IMG/VR virus record: IMGVR_UViG_3300020446_001812 | Span: 32,001 to 96,000 of that record | DNA from: a virus | Strand: one strand, 5' to 3' | DNA length: 64,000 bases | Shown: piece after piece, positions 1 through 9,732 of the stretch | Numbering within the stretch: position 1 is the first letter of the stretch | How the letters are laid out: every line of letters begins with the position of its first letter | Notes under the pieces: generated by a model | What the model was told of the DNA's origin: nothing | Seen by the model: the letters and a program-made list of their open reading frames with translations, nothing else | Databases searched by the model: none | Position numbers and translations under genes: made by a program

Positions 1-1110
1 AGTGCAGATAAAATTTCAACTCCTACAACATTTAGAATATCAGGTGATGTAGAAACTGTAGAACAAGTTTTTGATGGACAAGAAGGCGGTAATTTAAAAA
101 ACTTTGATGTAAGAATTAAAAATACAATTATATCTGGAAAAACGCAAGTTACTGATAGCTTGTCAAATGATGAATTTATTATTGACAGAATAAGCGGAAA
201 TAATACAGGATTAAGAAGAGTATCTCGACAAACATTATTTTCTAATATAGCTGGACTTTCACCTATAGGGAGTATAATGCCTTATGCAGGCGTAGCCGAA
301 CCTACTGGTTGGAAATTTTGTAATGGACAAGAATTAAGCACAGGTGTTTTTAGTAGTTTGTTTGAACTAATTGGATATAATTACAAAGCAAAAGATTTAG
401 TAACAGCAGGCACATTTGCAACTCCTGATTTACGCGGTAGATTTCCTTTAGGTATGCTTACAATGGGCGGCACGGAACCTCCAGTAAAAGAACCAGATCT
501 TGCAATAGTTGCAGGTAATCAAGTATCACCAGTTACAACAGTTTCAGATCAATTCAGCATTAATGGTGTAACAGTTACTTTGACAGGCACAAATTTAGCA
601 AGTGCAATTTTAGATATTACAAATGCGGCAATACCAGGAGTTAGTGCGGCAAACAATGGTAACAATCAATTACAAATTACAGGTACAGATGTAGACATTG
701 TTTTAGCAAACGTCACTAATACACCATTGGCAGATTTAGGTTTTATAGCGGCAACCACATTAAAAATTAAAAGTCCTGATCCTAGGGTTCGAAGTGCTAA
801 TTCAACAGTGTTAGGAGCAGTTGATGGATCAGACGATGTTACAATTAATATTGACAACCTGCCTGAACACCAACATGATTTACGAGCAGAAGCTGGACGA
901 CAGTATTTGGCTATTAGTGCTGTTGATGGTAGAGCAGGAGATAAACCAGGAGACGCATCATTAAGTAAGATTCAAACTGGTCCAGATGAGTTGACACAAA
1001 CAATTAGTAATAGTGGAGGTGTATTGAATAACACAACAGGTGAAGAAATGAATGTTATGAATCCTTATCAAACAATTAATTATATTATATATACAGGAGT
1101 TGTAGCATGA
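1..1110 (+). CDS. Tail fibre/short tail fibre protein with phage tail collar domain (5' end outside window)
   Basis: Frame 1 is open from base 1. Collar motif PIGSIMPYAG..P.GWKFCNGQ...LFELIGYNY...PDLRGRFP and a typical C-terminus NLPEHQH...MNPYQTINYIIYTG. Confidence 0.85.
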   Translation, partial: SADKISTPTTFRISGDVETVEQVFDGQEGGNLKNFDVRIKNTIISGKTQVTDSLSNDEFIIDRISGNNTGLRRVSRQTLFSNIAGLSPIGSIMPYAGVAEPTGWKFCNGQELSTGVFSSLFELIGYNYKAKDLVTAGTFATPDLRGRFPLGMLTMGGTEPPVKEPDLAIVAGNQVSPVTTVSDQFSINGVTVTLTGTNLASAILDITNAAIPGVSAANNGNNQLQITGTDVDIVLANVTNTPLADLGFIAATTLKIKSPDPRVRSANSTVLGAVDGSDDVTINIDNLPEHQHDLRAEAGRQYLAISAVDGRAGDKPGDASLSKIQTGPDELTQTISNSGGVLNNTTGEEMNVMNPYQTINYIIYTGVVA

Positions 1111-3029
1111 GTTATAAACTAAACAAAACTGACGGATCTTTACTTGTAGAACTTCAAGACGGTGCAATAGATACAACAAGCTCTGATTTAACTTTAGTTG
1201 GTAGAAATTATAAAGGTTTTGGGGAATTCCTTAACGAAAATTACATAAAATTATTAGAAAATTTTGCATCTACAAGTGCTCCTAATAATCCTATATCAGG
1301 ACAACTTTGGTTTGATACATCAGACGCTCGTCTAAAAATTTATGACGGTACTACTTTTAGGGTAGCAGGCGGTCCTACTATAAGTGCTACACAACCTAAT
1401 ATGATTGCAGGCGACTTATGGATTAATAATGAAGAAAATAAATTATACTTTTTTGATGGCACTGAGATTGTAGCTGTAGGACCTAATTACAGTGCATCGC
1501 AAGGCAAAACATTATTAGAAGCTATTACAATGATTGATACTAGTGGACAAACCAGAGCTATTTTAGCTCAATATGTCCAAGGTAATTTAGTAGGAATACA
1601 TAGTAAAGCTGAATTTACACCGAGAACAGAAGATGTTCTTTTACCTTATCCAGCTGGTAGAGTTATTAAGGTTGGATTTAATCCGTTATACAAAGTAGAT
1701 GATGGTGATAATATTGCATATAGATGGCATGGCATTGCAGAGACAGCAGAAAATTTAGTTGACGGATCAGGCCAGAGTTTTGGTTCTATAGATTTTGTAA
1801 GAACAAATGAAAGAGATAGCCAAAACGTTATTGTAGACCAAACAATGGACGGAGGTTTATTTGTAAAAGGTGAAACTGGATTAAAAGTTGGTTTTGGTGA
1901 TACACAATATGGCGTATTAAAGGTTTTAGAAACAGATACCAAAACTGTTTTGGATATAGTAGAACAAAACAAAGATTTTGCTATTAGAAGAAAAGTAGGA
2001 AATGACTTTATAGATGCATTAACATTAGATACAAGCACAGGAAGATTTGGTTTATTTAACAACGCACCGACAGTAGAACTTGATGTAACAGGAAACGGAA
2101 AAATTTCAGGTGATTTAACTGTTACAGGAAACTTAAATATTACTGGAACTACATTTGCTGTTGATACTGTAAACATGCGTATCAAAGATCCACAAATAAA
2201 TTTAGGTGTGTCAGAAGATTCTACTGAACTAACAGATCCTCAAGTTGATGGCGGAGGATTTGTAATTAATAGTTTAAATGGTAGTAAAGATTTTGTGTGG
2301 CGTAACGCAACAGGAAACTTTACAAGTAATCAAAATATAGATCTTGAATTAGGAAAATCTTTTAGAATTAACAATAATAATGTATTAACTGCTAATACGT
2401 TAGGTAGCGGTGTTATCAATAGTTCTTTAACAAGTGTTGGTACTTTAACTTCATTAAATGTAAACGGAAATGCAGAAGTTGGCAGTTTAAGTTCTTACGG
2501 TCCTTTAAGTATTAGTTCCACTAGTGATATAACAATTAACAATCAAAAAATTACTGGAGTTTCCACACCTACAGGCAGTACAGATGTTGCTACTAAAGGT
2601 TATGTAGATAGTCAAATTGAACAGGATACATTGCCAATAGGTTTAGATATAACTGGTTTTACAAATCCAAACCCTCCAGGAACAGTAGCAGGACCAACGA
2701 CAGACGTAAGAAGTGTTTTGCAAAGCATTTATCCTGCGTCAAGTTCAAGTAATGGTAAAGTTGCAAAAATACACTGCACATCTTATGCAAATTCAGTAGT
2801 ATCAGGTATACAAGTTACAGTTGGTACTTCACCTGACGCAACAAAAGTTTTACAAAAATCAAGTATTGCAGTAGATGCAGCTGGTACACAAAACCAGACT
2901 GTAATACAAGATTTAGCGGCAACAAACACTGCATCAGGTACAGTGGCTTTATCACCTGATAGATACACAATGACATTTACAATTACAGGGGGCGTGTGGA
3001 CACACAACAGCACAGTAGCATATCCGTAA
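1107..3029 (+). CDS. Baseplate/tail fibre structural protein (LLENFA-type N-terminal domain)
   Basis: LVGRNYKGFGEFLNENYIKLLENFA...GQLWFD N-terminus, G/T/S/N-rich beta repeats and a ATKGYVD fibre motif. Paralogous with 3065-4594. Confidence 0.75.
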   Translation: MSYKLNKTDGSLLVELQDGAIDTTSSDLTLVGRNYKGFGEFLNENYIKLLENFASTSAPNNPISGQLWFDTSDARLKIYDGTTFRVAGGPTISATQPNMIAGDLWINNEENKLYFFDGTEIVAVGPNYSASQGKTLLEAITMIDTSGQTRAILAQYVQGNLVGIHSKAEFTPRTEDVLLPYPAGRVIKVGFNPLYKVDDGDNIAYRWHGIAETAENLVDGSGQSFGSIDFVRTNERDSQNVIVDQTMDGGLFVKGETGLKVGFGDTQYGVLKVLETDTKTVLDIVEQNKDFAIRRKVGNDFIDALTLDTSTGRFGLFNNAPTVELDVTGNGKISGDLTVTGNLNITGTTFAVDTVNMRIKDPQINLGVSEDSTELTDPQVDGGGFVINSLNGSKDFVWRNATGNFTSNQNIDLELGKSFRINNNNVLTANTLGSGVINSSLTSVGTLTSLNVNGNAEVGSLSSYGPLSISSTSDITINNQKITGVSTPTGSTDVATKGYVDSQIEQDTLPIGLDITGFTNPNPPGTVAGPTTDVRSVLQSIYPASSSSNGKVAKIHCTSYANSVVSGIQVTVGTSPDATKVLQKSSIAVDAAGTQNQTVIQDLAATNTASGTVALSPDRYTMTFTITGGVWTHNSTVAYP

Positions 3030-3035
3030 GGATAA

Positions 3036-3043
3036 GATAAATA
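3036..3043 (+). promoter_or_regulatory. T4-like late promoter (GATAAATA)
   Basis: ATAAATA lies ~20 nt upstream of a structural gene start, and the motif recurs before many genes in the window. Confidence 0.6.
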
Positions 3044-3064
3044 CTTGCAACAAGGGGTTATATA

Positions 3065-4594
3065 ATGGCGTATACAATAAACAAATATGATACTACCCAG
3101 CTTACAGTAGTGCAGGACGGTACTATTGACCAGACTACAGATATAAAATTAGTTGGTAAAAATTATGCAGGGTATGGTGAAATACAAAATGAAAATTTTG
3201 TTTTCCTTTTAGAAAATTTTGCAGGAGCAAATCAACCACCCAGGGCTATTAAGGGTCAAATTTGGTTTGATAGTGCAAACAGTAAATTAAAATTTTATGA
3301 TGGAGCAAAGTGGCGTACTACAGGTGGTGCAGAAATAAGTGCAACAGCACCTGCAGGTTTGTCGCAAGGTGATTTTTGGTGGGATACAACTAACCAACAA
3401 TTATACGCTTACAACGGCACAGATTTTGTATTAGTAGGACCCCAAGATGCAGGATCTGGTATCACTCAAATGCAAAGTAGAACAGTACGTGATACTGGAG
3501 ATATTAGCAGAAGTATAATTGCAGCCACTGTAAATGATGAAGTTATTTTTATTATTAGCCCAATTGAGTTTACAATAAACAGCACAGATGCAGAAAACGC
3601 CATATCTGGATTTGATGTTGTTAGACAGGGTGTAACATTAAAAAATACACAGAATGCTACCGCAGGAGTAACAAGCACTGATCATCAATTCCACGGAACA
3701 GCATCTAACTCTTTAAAATTAAATGGAATAGATGCAAGTAATTATGTTACAGCAAGCACTGGAGTGCCAACAGTATTTACGGAAATTACAAATTTCCAAA
3801 CAGATGCAGGTATTGCTATAGGTGCAGGACTTGATTTAAAAATATTCATTGAAAATGATAATGAAGGTGTTATACAAAATTCACAAGGTGACGAAATTAA
3901 ATTTCGTGTTAAAGAAAGCGGCGGCGCTAGTGTAAACGTTGTTGACATACGTCCAGGAGCAGTGTTACCAGGAATACAAAGCACTGGACCTACAGTATAT
4001 AAGCAAGTAGATTTAGGATCTACAACAGCAAAATTCCAAAACATATATGTAAACGATACTCCAGGATCAGCTGGAAAAATTTATGGGATATCAGAAAAAG
4101 CAGAATCTTTAATTGTAGGCGGAACAGCTAGAGTAGGAACAGTTGACAGTGACGGTGTTGGAACAGGAAATAGTATTGCTGTGAGAGATGCCGCAGGTAA
4201 TCTTAATGCTGAATTATTTCAAGGAATAGCAACAAGTGCAAGATATGCTGACTTAGCTGAAAAATATACTACAGATAAAGAATATCCAATTGGAACTGCA
4301 ATGTGTGTAGGAGGCGAAGCTGAAGCAACTGCTTGTAAATCAAGCGGAATGTGTATCGGTGTTATATCTGAAAAACCTGCATATTTAATGAATTCAGATT
4401 CAGAAGGACAGGCTATCGGACTAAAAGGTCGTGTTCCTGTGAGAGTCAAAGGAATAATTAAAAAGGGTGATGCTGTGTATGCGTGGGAAGATGGTATATG
4501 TTCTACTGTAGCTACCTCGGCACTAGTTGGTATTGCACTTGAATCAAATGATACAGAAGACGAAAATTTAATAGAGTGTGTATTGAAAGTATAA
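3065..4594 (+). CDS. Tail fibre/baseplate protein with C-terminal intramolecular chaperone (peptidase G2-like) domain
   Basis: LLENFA N-terminal domain; C-terminal ARYADLAEKY...GVISEKPAYLMN...LKGRVPVRVKG...VGIALE. Confidence 0.75.
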   Translation: MAYTINKYDTTQLTVVQDGTIDQTTDIKLVGKNYAGYGEIQNENFVFLLENFAGANQPPRAIKGQIWFDSANSKLKFYDGAKWRTTGGAEISATAPAGLSQGDFWWDTTNQQLYAYNGTDFVLVGPQDAGSGITQMQSRTVRDTGDISRSIIAATVNDEVIFIISPIEFTINSTDAENAISGFDVVRQGVTLKNTQNATAGVTSTDHQFHGTASNSLKLNGIDASNYVTASTGVPTVFTEITNFQTDAGIAIGAGLDLKIFIENDNEGVIQNSQGDEIKFRVKESGGASVNVVDIRPGAVLPGIQSTGPTVYKQVDLGSTTAKFQNIYVNDTPGSAGKIYGISEKAESLIVGGTARVGTVDSDGVGTGNSIAVRDAAGNLNAELFQGIATSARYADLAEKYTTDKEYPIGTAMCVGGEAEATACKSSGMCIGVISEKPAYLMNSDSEGQAIGLKGRVPVRVKGIIKKGDAVYAWEDGICSTVATSALVGIALESNDTEDENLIECVLKV

Positions 4595-4597
4595 ATA
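4590..4597 (+). promoter_or_regulatory. T4-like late promoter (TATAAATA)
   Basis: Exact T4 late consensus, 22 nt upstream of the ATG at 4620. Confidence 0.7.
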
Positions 4598-4619
4598 TAC
4601 GTAGTTTAAAGGAATTATT

Positions 4620-5534
4620 ATGGCAGTAACAGTAGGACAAACCATAGGTGAAACAGAATACACAACTTTAAGAAGTGGTATTCAAACAATTATGGGAACT
4701 CCAGCAGGAACTGGAGATGCGTCAACAGGGTACAACCAAACAATTGATGCTCCTAGTGTTAGTGTTGGTACAACAATCACTGCAACACAGTGGAATAACT
4801 TAAGAAGCGATATTAGAAAAGCATCTGCACACCAAGCAGGTGGTTCTAACGCTGTAGCATTACCAACAGTTGATGTTGATACAGGTATTACTGCAAGTAT
4901 ACACAATGACTTTGAAAATGCATTAACAACAGTAACAGCAAATAGATTTGTTTTAGCAACTGACCAGAGTACATTGAATACTGCGGCAAATCCTACTATT
5001 AGTAATTGGAACGGAATACAAACGCATGATTTAGAATTAACATGGGCAAGTCAAAATGATATGAAAGCATTTTGGAACGCAGGTGGTTCAGTAAAAGTTG
5101 CAAGTACTTTGTCCTATACAGGTAGCGAAGCAAAAACACTAGATTGGAAATCAATGTTAAACGATTCGCCACATGTAACTATCAACTACACACAGGCATT
5201 TGCAGACGGTGGAGGATCGACTGGTACAATTACTGACATAGGTTTTTATGATTTAAATACTAACGGAAACGAAGTACAAATATTTCAAAGACCGGGTATT
5301 ACACCATACAGTGAAAATGATTATCAAATATTCATTAGATATATAACTAACGGCGTTAGAGTACGTGTTGTATTTAGAGATGATGATGTAGGAGATCAAA
5401 CTGGATCAGGCGCACCGCAAGATGAGAATGTAAAGGGTACTCTAACTAGTGCTATCTATTACAGAAGAGCTACAGGGTCTAATGTTGAAGTAACTGCGCC
5501 TAGTGTAGCTAACGGTTCTGGCAATACATTCTAA
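4620..5534 (+). CDS. Putative virion structural protein (T/G/N-rich)
   Basis: Late promoter upstream; GYNQ...ITATQWNNLRSDI and ITASIHNDF repeats; structural-protein composition. Confidence 0.6.
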   Translation: MAVTVGQTIGETEYTTLRSGIQTIMGTPAGTGDASTGYNQTIDAPSVSVGTTITATQWNNLRSDIRKASAHQAGGSNAVALPTVDVDTGITASIHNDFENALTTVTANRFVLATDQSTLNTAANPTISNWNGIQTHDLELTWASQNDMKAFWNAGGSVKVASTLSYTGSEAKTLDWKSMLNDSPHVTINYTQAFADGGGSTGTITDIGFYDLNTNGNEVQIFQRPGITPYSENDYQIFIRYITNGVRVRVVFRDDDVGDQTGSGAPQDENVKGTLTSAIYYRRATGSNVEVTAPSVANGSGNTF

Positions 5535-5541
5535 ATTTCAC

Positions 5542-5570
5542 TTGACTATGAGGGCATTTTAGTGTATACT
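5542..5570 (+). promoter_or_regulatory. sigma70-like promoter TTGACT-17-TATACT
   Basis: Near-consensus -35/-10 with 17-nt spacer, in the intergenic gap before the AGGAG RBS and ATG at 5596. Confidence 0.7.
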
Positions 5571-5595
5571 TTTGGTATATGCAAAAGGAGCTTTT

Positions 5596-5943
5596 ATGGA
5601 CGAGAGATTAGAAAAAGCAATAAATTTTTCAAACTTTTTAGATACACAAAACAATCAAAAAAATATTTTTTACAAACAGTATCAAGAAAATTTAATACAT
5701 TATGCATTTGGACATAAATTTGTTGCAACTCCGCAACTTATAAATTTTCTATACACATTTGTAAAAGAACAAGAAAAAACTTGTATACTGATTGATGAAA
5801 ACAATACCCCTGTAGAAATACCTGATGTAAAAAGTTTTGCAAAAGAATTGTTAGGTGTTTACATCTTTGCCTCAAGAAAGTATGCAAAAGATTATAATGA
5901 TATAAAAACACACAGATCAGTTGAAGGATTAACTGACTTATGA
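5596..5943 (+). CDS. Hypothetical protein (first gene of tailoring island)
   Basis: AGGAG RBS before ATG 5596; overlaps the next gene by ATGA. Confidence 0.7.
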   Translation: MDERLEKAINFSNFLDTQNNQKNIFYKQYQENLIHYAFGHKFVATPQLINFLYTFVKEQEKTCILIDENNTPVEIPDVKSFAKELLGVYIFASRKYAKDYNDIKTHRSVEGLTDL

Positions 5944-6788
5944 CACATGGTGTTTTACTTTTTGCATTTAACAACAGTAATATAGATTATGTAAAGCAAG
6001 CAATATATTGTGCAAAACGTGTTAAAAAGCATTTAGGCTTGCAAGTACAATTAGTTACAGATGCTATTGATTATATAGAACAAACATATCCTTTTTATCA
6101 AAAATATATCGATCACATTACATACCAAGAGACGCCAAAATCTGCAAGGAAAAAATTTTATGACGGCATTTACTCAAACAAAACTTTAGAATGGAAAAAT
6201 AGTGCAAGGGACACAGCATACCATTTAAGTATATTTGATAAAACTTTAGTGATTGATACAGATTTAATTATATGTAACAACAAACTCTTAGAATGCTTTA
6301 CAAGCAATCAACAATTTATGATTGCAAAAAAATATAATCTTGTTAACACAAATAAAGTAGAACCTAGTTTTGATAAAATAAGCGATAAAAGTATTCCTAT
6401 GTTTTGGGCTACAATTTTATATTTTGAAAAATCAAAACAATCAAAATTAATTTTTGATTTAGTTTGTCATATAAAAGAAAATTACAACTATTACAGATTA
6501 GTTTATGATATTGTTGAAAAAAAATTTAGAAATGATTTTGCTTTTAGCATAGCAATACATATTATCAATAATTTTCAAAATAATAAAAGCTGGCCCTTAG
6601 CAATTCCAACAGATATGTGGGTATCGACTGACAAAGATATATTGGTAGATATTCAAAATGATAAAATTAAATTACTAGCACATAAAGAGTATGATTATAT
6701 CGTAGTCAAATTACAAGATGCAACTACACATATTATGAATAAATTTAGTCTTAACAAATATATTGATGAGGAATTTAAAAATGAGTAA
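5940..6788 (+). CDS. GT-A fold glycosyltransferase-like protein
   Basis: GVLLFAFN..DY..QA, ...R..AY.LS.FDKTLVIDTD (DxD), RNDFAFSIA. Confidence 0.65.
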   Translation: MTHGVLLFAFNNSNIDYVKQAIYCAKRVKKHLGLQVQLVTDAIDYIEQTYPFYQKYIDHITYQETPKSARKKFYDGIYSNKTLEWKNSARDTAYHLSIFDKTLVIDTDLIICNNKLLECFTSNQQFMIAKKYNLVNTNKVEPSFDKISDKSIPMFWATILYFEKSKQSKLIFDLVCHIKENYNYYRLVYDIVEKKFRNDFAFSIAIHIINNFQNNKSWPLAIPTDMWVSTDKDILVDIQNDKIKLLAHKEYDYIVVKLQDATTHIMNKFSLNKYIDEEFKNE

Positions 6789-7590
6789 CGGAATATGTAT
6801 TGTTGCTCAGAACAATAAGCAAACAGACTATGTGAGACAAACATATGGATTAGCACTAAGCATTTTAGCTAGTAACCCTAACACCAATATAAGCATTATT
6901 ACAAACGACATTGTTCAGCAAAAATACAAAAAAGTATTTGACCATATTATAGAAATACCATGGGATGACTTAGCAAAACAGCAATGGAAAATAGAGAATA
7001 GATGGAAAGTTTATCATTGTACTCCTTATAGAAACACTATGGTTTTTGATGCAGACATGTTAGTACTAGATAAAATCAATTGGGATTATCACGATCATAA
7101 TAATTTAGCATTTACAACAAACGTAAGCACGTATAGACAAGAAACAAGTAACAACAGGTATTATAGAAAAACGTTTGATGCAAATCTGTTACCTAACATT
7201 TATACTGCAATGTATTATTTTAAAAAACATCCAGAGGTAAAAGAATATTTTATACTTTTAGAACTTATTGTAAAAAATTGGCAGTATTTTTACAAAAAAT
7301 ACACTAACGTTAAAATGCAAAATTGGTGTAGCATGGATGTAAGTGCCGCCATTGCACTTAAAATATTAGGTATACAATCCTATTGTACTAATGAACAACT
7401 TACATTTACACATTTAAAACCTCACATGCAAAACTTTACACAAGTGCCTAGTAAAATATTTGACGCATGTAAAATTGATATAGATGATGGCATTTATATA
7501 AATGGATATAAACAAAAAGGTGTGTTACATTATGTAGAAGATGATTTTTTAACAGAAGATGTTTTATCTTGGTTAGAGGAGCAAGTCTAA
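6781..7590 (+). CDS. GT-A fold glycosyltransferase-like protein (paralog of 5940-6788)
   Basis: GICIVAQN..DY..Q, ENRWKVY..TPY..TMVFDADML (DxD), LHY near the C-terminus. Confidence 0.65.
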   Translation: MSNGICIVAQNNKQTDYVRQTYGLALSILASNPNTNISIITNDIVQQKYKKVFDHIIEIPWDDLAKQQWKIENRWKVYHCTPYRNTMVFDADMLVLDKINWDYHDHNNLAFTTNVSTYRQETSNNRYYRKTFDANLLPNIYTAMYYFKKHPEVKEYFILLELIVKNWQYFYKKYTNVKMQNWCSMDVSAAIALKILGIQSYCTNEQLTFTHLKPHMQNFTQVPSKIFDACKIDIDDGIYINGYKQKGVLHYVEDDFLTEDVLSWLEEQV

Positions 7591-8117
7591 TGTTTTATAT
7601 GCATTACGGAGAAGATGGAAATATTTTGTCAGTTGGTAATTCTATTGATAGTAATTTAAAATATATAGAAATAGACGAACAAATGTTTTTAGACTTCAAC
7701 GAAGGACGAAAACAAACTTTTGAATATAAGGTAATTGAAGATGTAAAACTAAACGGAAAAATGCATGTAGTGCCTGTAAACATAGACTTTATAGATCAGT
7801 TACAACATAAAAAAGGAGTGATTAAAGTAAGTAATAATGAAGATAATTGTATAAAAATTATGCAACATAAAGATAAATGGGAAATTATTAATTGCTTAAA
7901 TAATGAAACATCCTCTATTTTATCAGAAAATGATTACTATAGGGAATATTATATTACAAAAAATACAAACAAATACATCTTACTTGATAAGTTTGAAATA
8001 AATTTAAGAGATTTAGTATTTGAAAACATTTTTATAGAAGGGCACAGTGCGGAAAAGGAAGTTAGTATTATATGTTTTGAAAGTTATTTTAAACATATCC
8101 ATACCATATCAGTATAA
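7590..8117 (+). CDS. Hypothetical protein
   Basis: ORF translationally coupled on both sides; no recognisable motif. Confidence 0.6.
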   Translation: MFYMHYGEDGNILSVGNSIDSNLKYIEIDEQMFLDFNEGRKQTFEYKVIEDVKLNGKMHVVPVNIDFIDQLQHKKGVIKVSNNEDNCIKIMQHKDKWEIINCLNNETSSILSENDYYREYYITKNTNKYILLDKFEINLRDLVFENIFIEGHSAEKEVSIICFESYFKHIHTISV

Positions 8118-8818
8118 TGGATTTTACAAATTTTAAAAATTTAATTACATTTGGTTGTAGTCACACTTGGGGTGCGTGTATGCCTGATATATTTGACCCT
8201 AAGGATAAGCACGGTCAGCAAAGACACGACGGAAAAATATATCCAAGCAAATACGCTTGGGGCAATATCGTTGCTTCATTATTTGGTTTAACGCACAATA
8301 ACCAAGCGATGGCAGGAGCATCAAATAGATACATTTTATACAAAATTTTGAACCATGATTATGATAAAGATGTAGTATGTATACTTTGGTCGCATACACA
8401 CAGGCATACTGTTTTTAAAAGTGAAAAAAGATATGAAAATTGGGGGCCTTTTTCTGTAGACACTAGCAAAGCGGCAAAGATGTGGTATCAGCATTGTTAT
8501 CAAAGTTATGATAGTATTTTAGATACTGCACAGTGTATTAATCATGCAATGCTGTATTTGAATTCAAAGAATATTCCTAATTATCATATTTTGCAAACTA
8601 AACAAGGAAAAGATCTTTTTAAAGGATTTCCCAAAGAACCAATAAGATATATTTTAGATTCAAAAATACAAAATGTATTTTTTGATGAGTTTAGAAGGAT
8701 ACCACCTCTTGCACTTGATAATAAACATGCCGGTGAAAAAGCACATAGGAAATTTGGAAAAGCAGTTGCAAGATCTATCTTAAATAATAAACAAATTACA
8801 ATAGGAGAACTACTATGA
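8117..8818 (+). CDS. SGNH/GDSL-like hydrolase or acyltransferase
   Basis: Block I FGCSHTWG, block II NQAMAGASN, C-terminal DNKHAG (DxxH). Confidence 0.6.
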   Translation: MDFTNFKNLITFGCSHTWGACMPDIFDPKDKHGQQRHDGKIYPSKYAWGNIVASLFGLTHNNQAMAGASNRYILYKILNHDYDKDVVCILWSHTHRHTVFKSEKRYENWGPFSVDTSKAAKMWYQHCYQSYDSILDTAQCINHAMLYLNSKNIPNYHILQTKQGKDLFKGFPKEPIRYILDSKIQNVFFDEFRRIPPLALDNKHAGEKAHRKFGKAVARSILNNKQITIGELL

Positions 8819-9732
8819 AGGTTATAGATTATGATATAATATATCTATCATATGATGAACCCAATGCAGAAAAAAATTATGCTGACCTGTTAACGAAAGC
8901 ACCTTGGGCAAAACGTGTGCATGGAATCGAAGGATCAGATGCGGCACACAAGGCCTGTGCAGAATTATCTGAAACTGATAGGTTTATAACTGTTGACGGT
9001 GATAATATTATTAGAGCAGATTTCTTACAACAAGAATTAAATATTTCTAATGATGTTAAATTATCAGAAAGTGTAATTAGTTGGTGCGGAAAAAATTCTA
9101 TAAATGGATTAATGTATGGTAATGGTGGGTTAAAGTGTTGGCCTAAAGAATATGTATTAAATATGCGTACACATGAAAACGCAGATCCAAATAATGAAGC
9201 AGCTCAGGTTGATTTTTGTTGGGATTTGAAATACATTCAACAAAACAGTTGTTATTCAGATGTATATAACAATGCAACACCTCAACAGGCTTGGAGAGCT
9301 GGATTTAGAGAAGGTGTCAAGATGGCTCTTGATAGAGGAGTAAAACCTAGTGTTGAGGACTTTTTAAAAGGACATTGGAAAAACTTACATAGACTATGGA
9401 TATGGTTAATGGTAGGGTCTGATGTTGATAACGGATTATGGGCAATATATGGTGCCCGAGAAGGATTGGTTAAAACTATGTTAACGGATTGGGACTTTGT
9501 TAACGTTAGAGATTTTAAATATTTAAATAATTTATGGAAAGAAAAAGAAAAAGTAGATTCGCAAACTATGTTATTAGAAGCAATAGAAATATTAGGAGCA
9601 TCATTAATTGATAGTTTAGATATACCTATAGGACAAATGCCATTTGATGAACAGCAAAGTAAGTTTTTCAAGACTGTTTATCAAAATCCTAGTAGGAATC
9701 CAAAACAACAATTTGTAATAGACCCGGAATGA
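8815..9732 (+). CDS. GT-A fold glycosyltransferase-like protein
   Basis: YDIIYLSYDE, AAHKACA, FITVDGD (DxD), YGNGGLK, WRAGFREGVK. Confidence 0.65.
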   Translation: MKVIDYDIIYLSYDEPNAEKNYADLLTKAPWAKRVHGIEGSDAAHKACAELSETDRFITVDGDNIIRADFLQQELNISNDVKLSESVISWCGKNSINGLMYGNGGLKCWPKEYVLNMRTHENADPNNEAAQVDFCWDLKYIQQNSCYSDVYNNATPQQAWRAGFREGVKMALDRGVKPSVEDFLKGHWKNLHRLWIWLMVGSDVDNGLWAIYGAREGLVKTMLTDWDFVNVRDFKYLNNLWKEKEKVDSQTMLLEAIEILGASLIDSLDIPIGQMPFDEQQSKFFKTVYQNPSRNPKQQFVIDPE

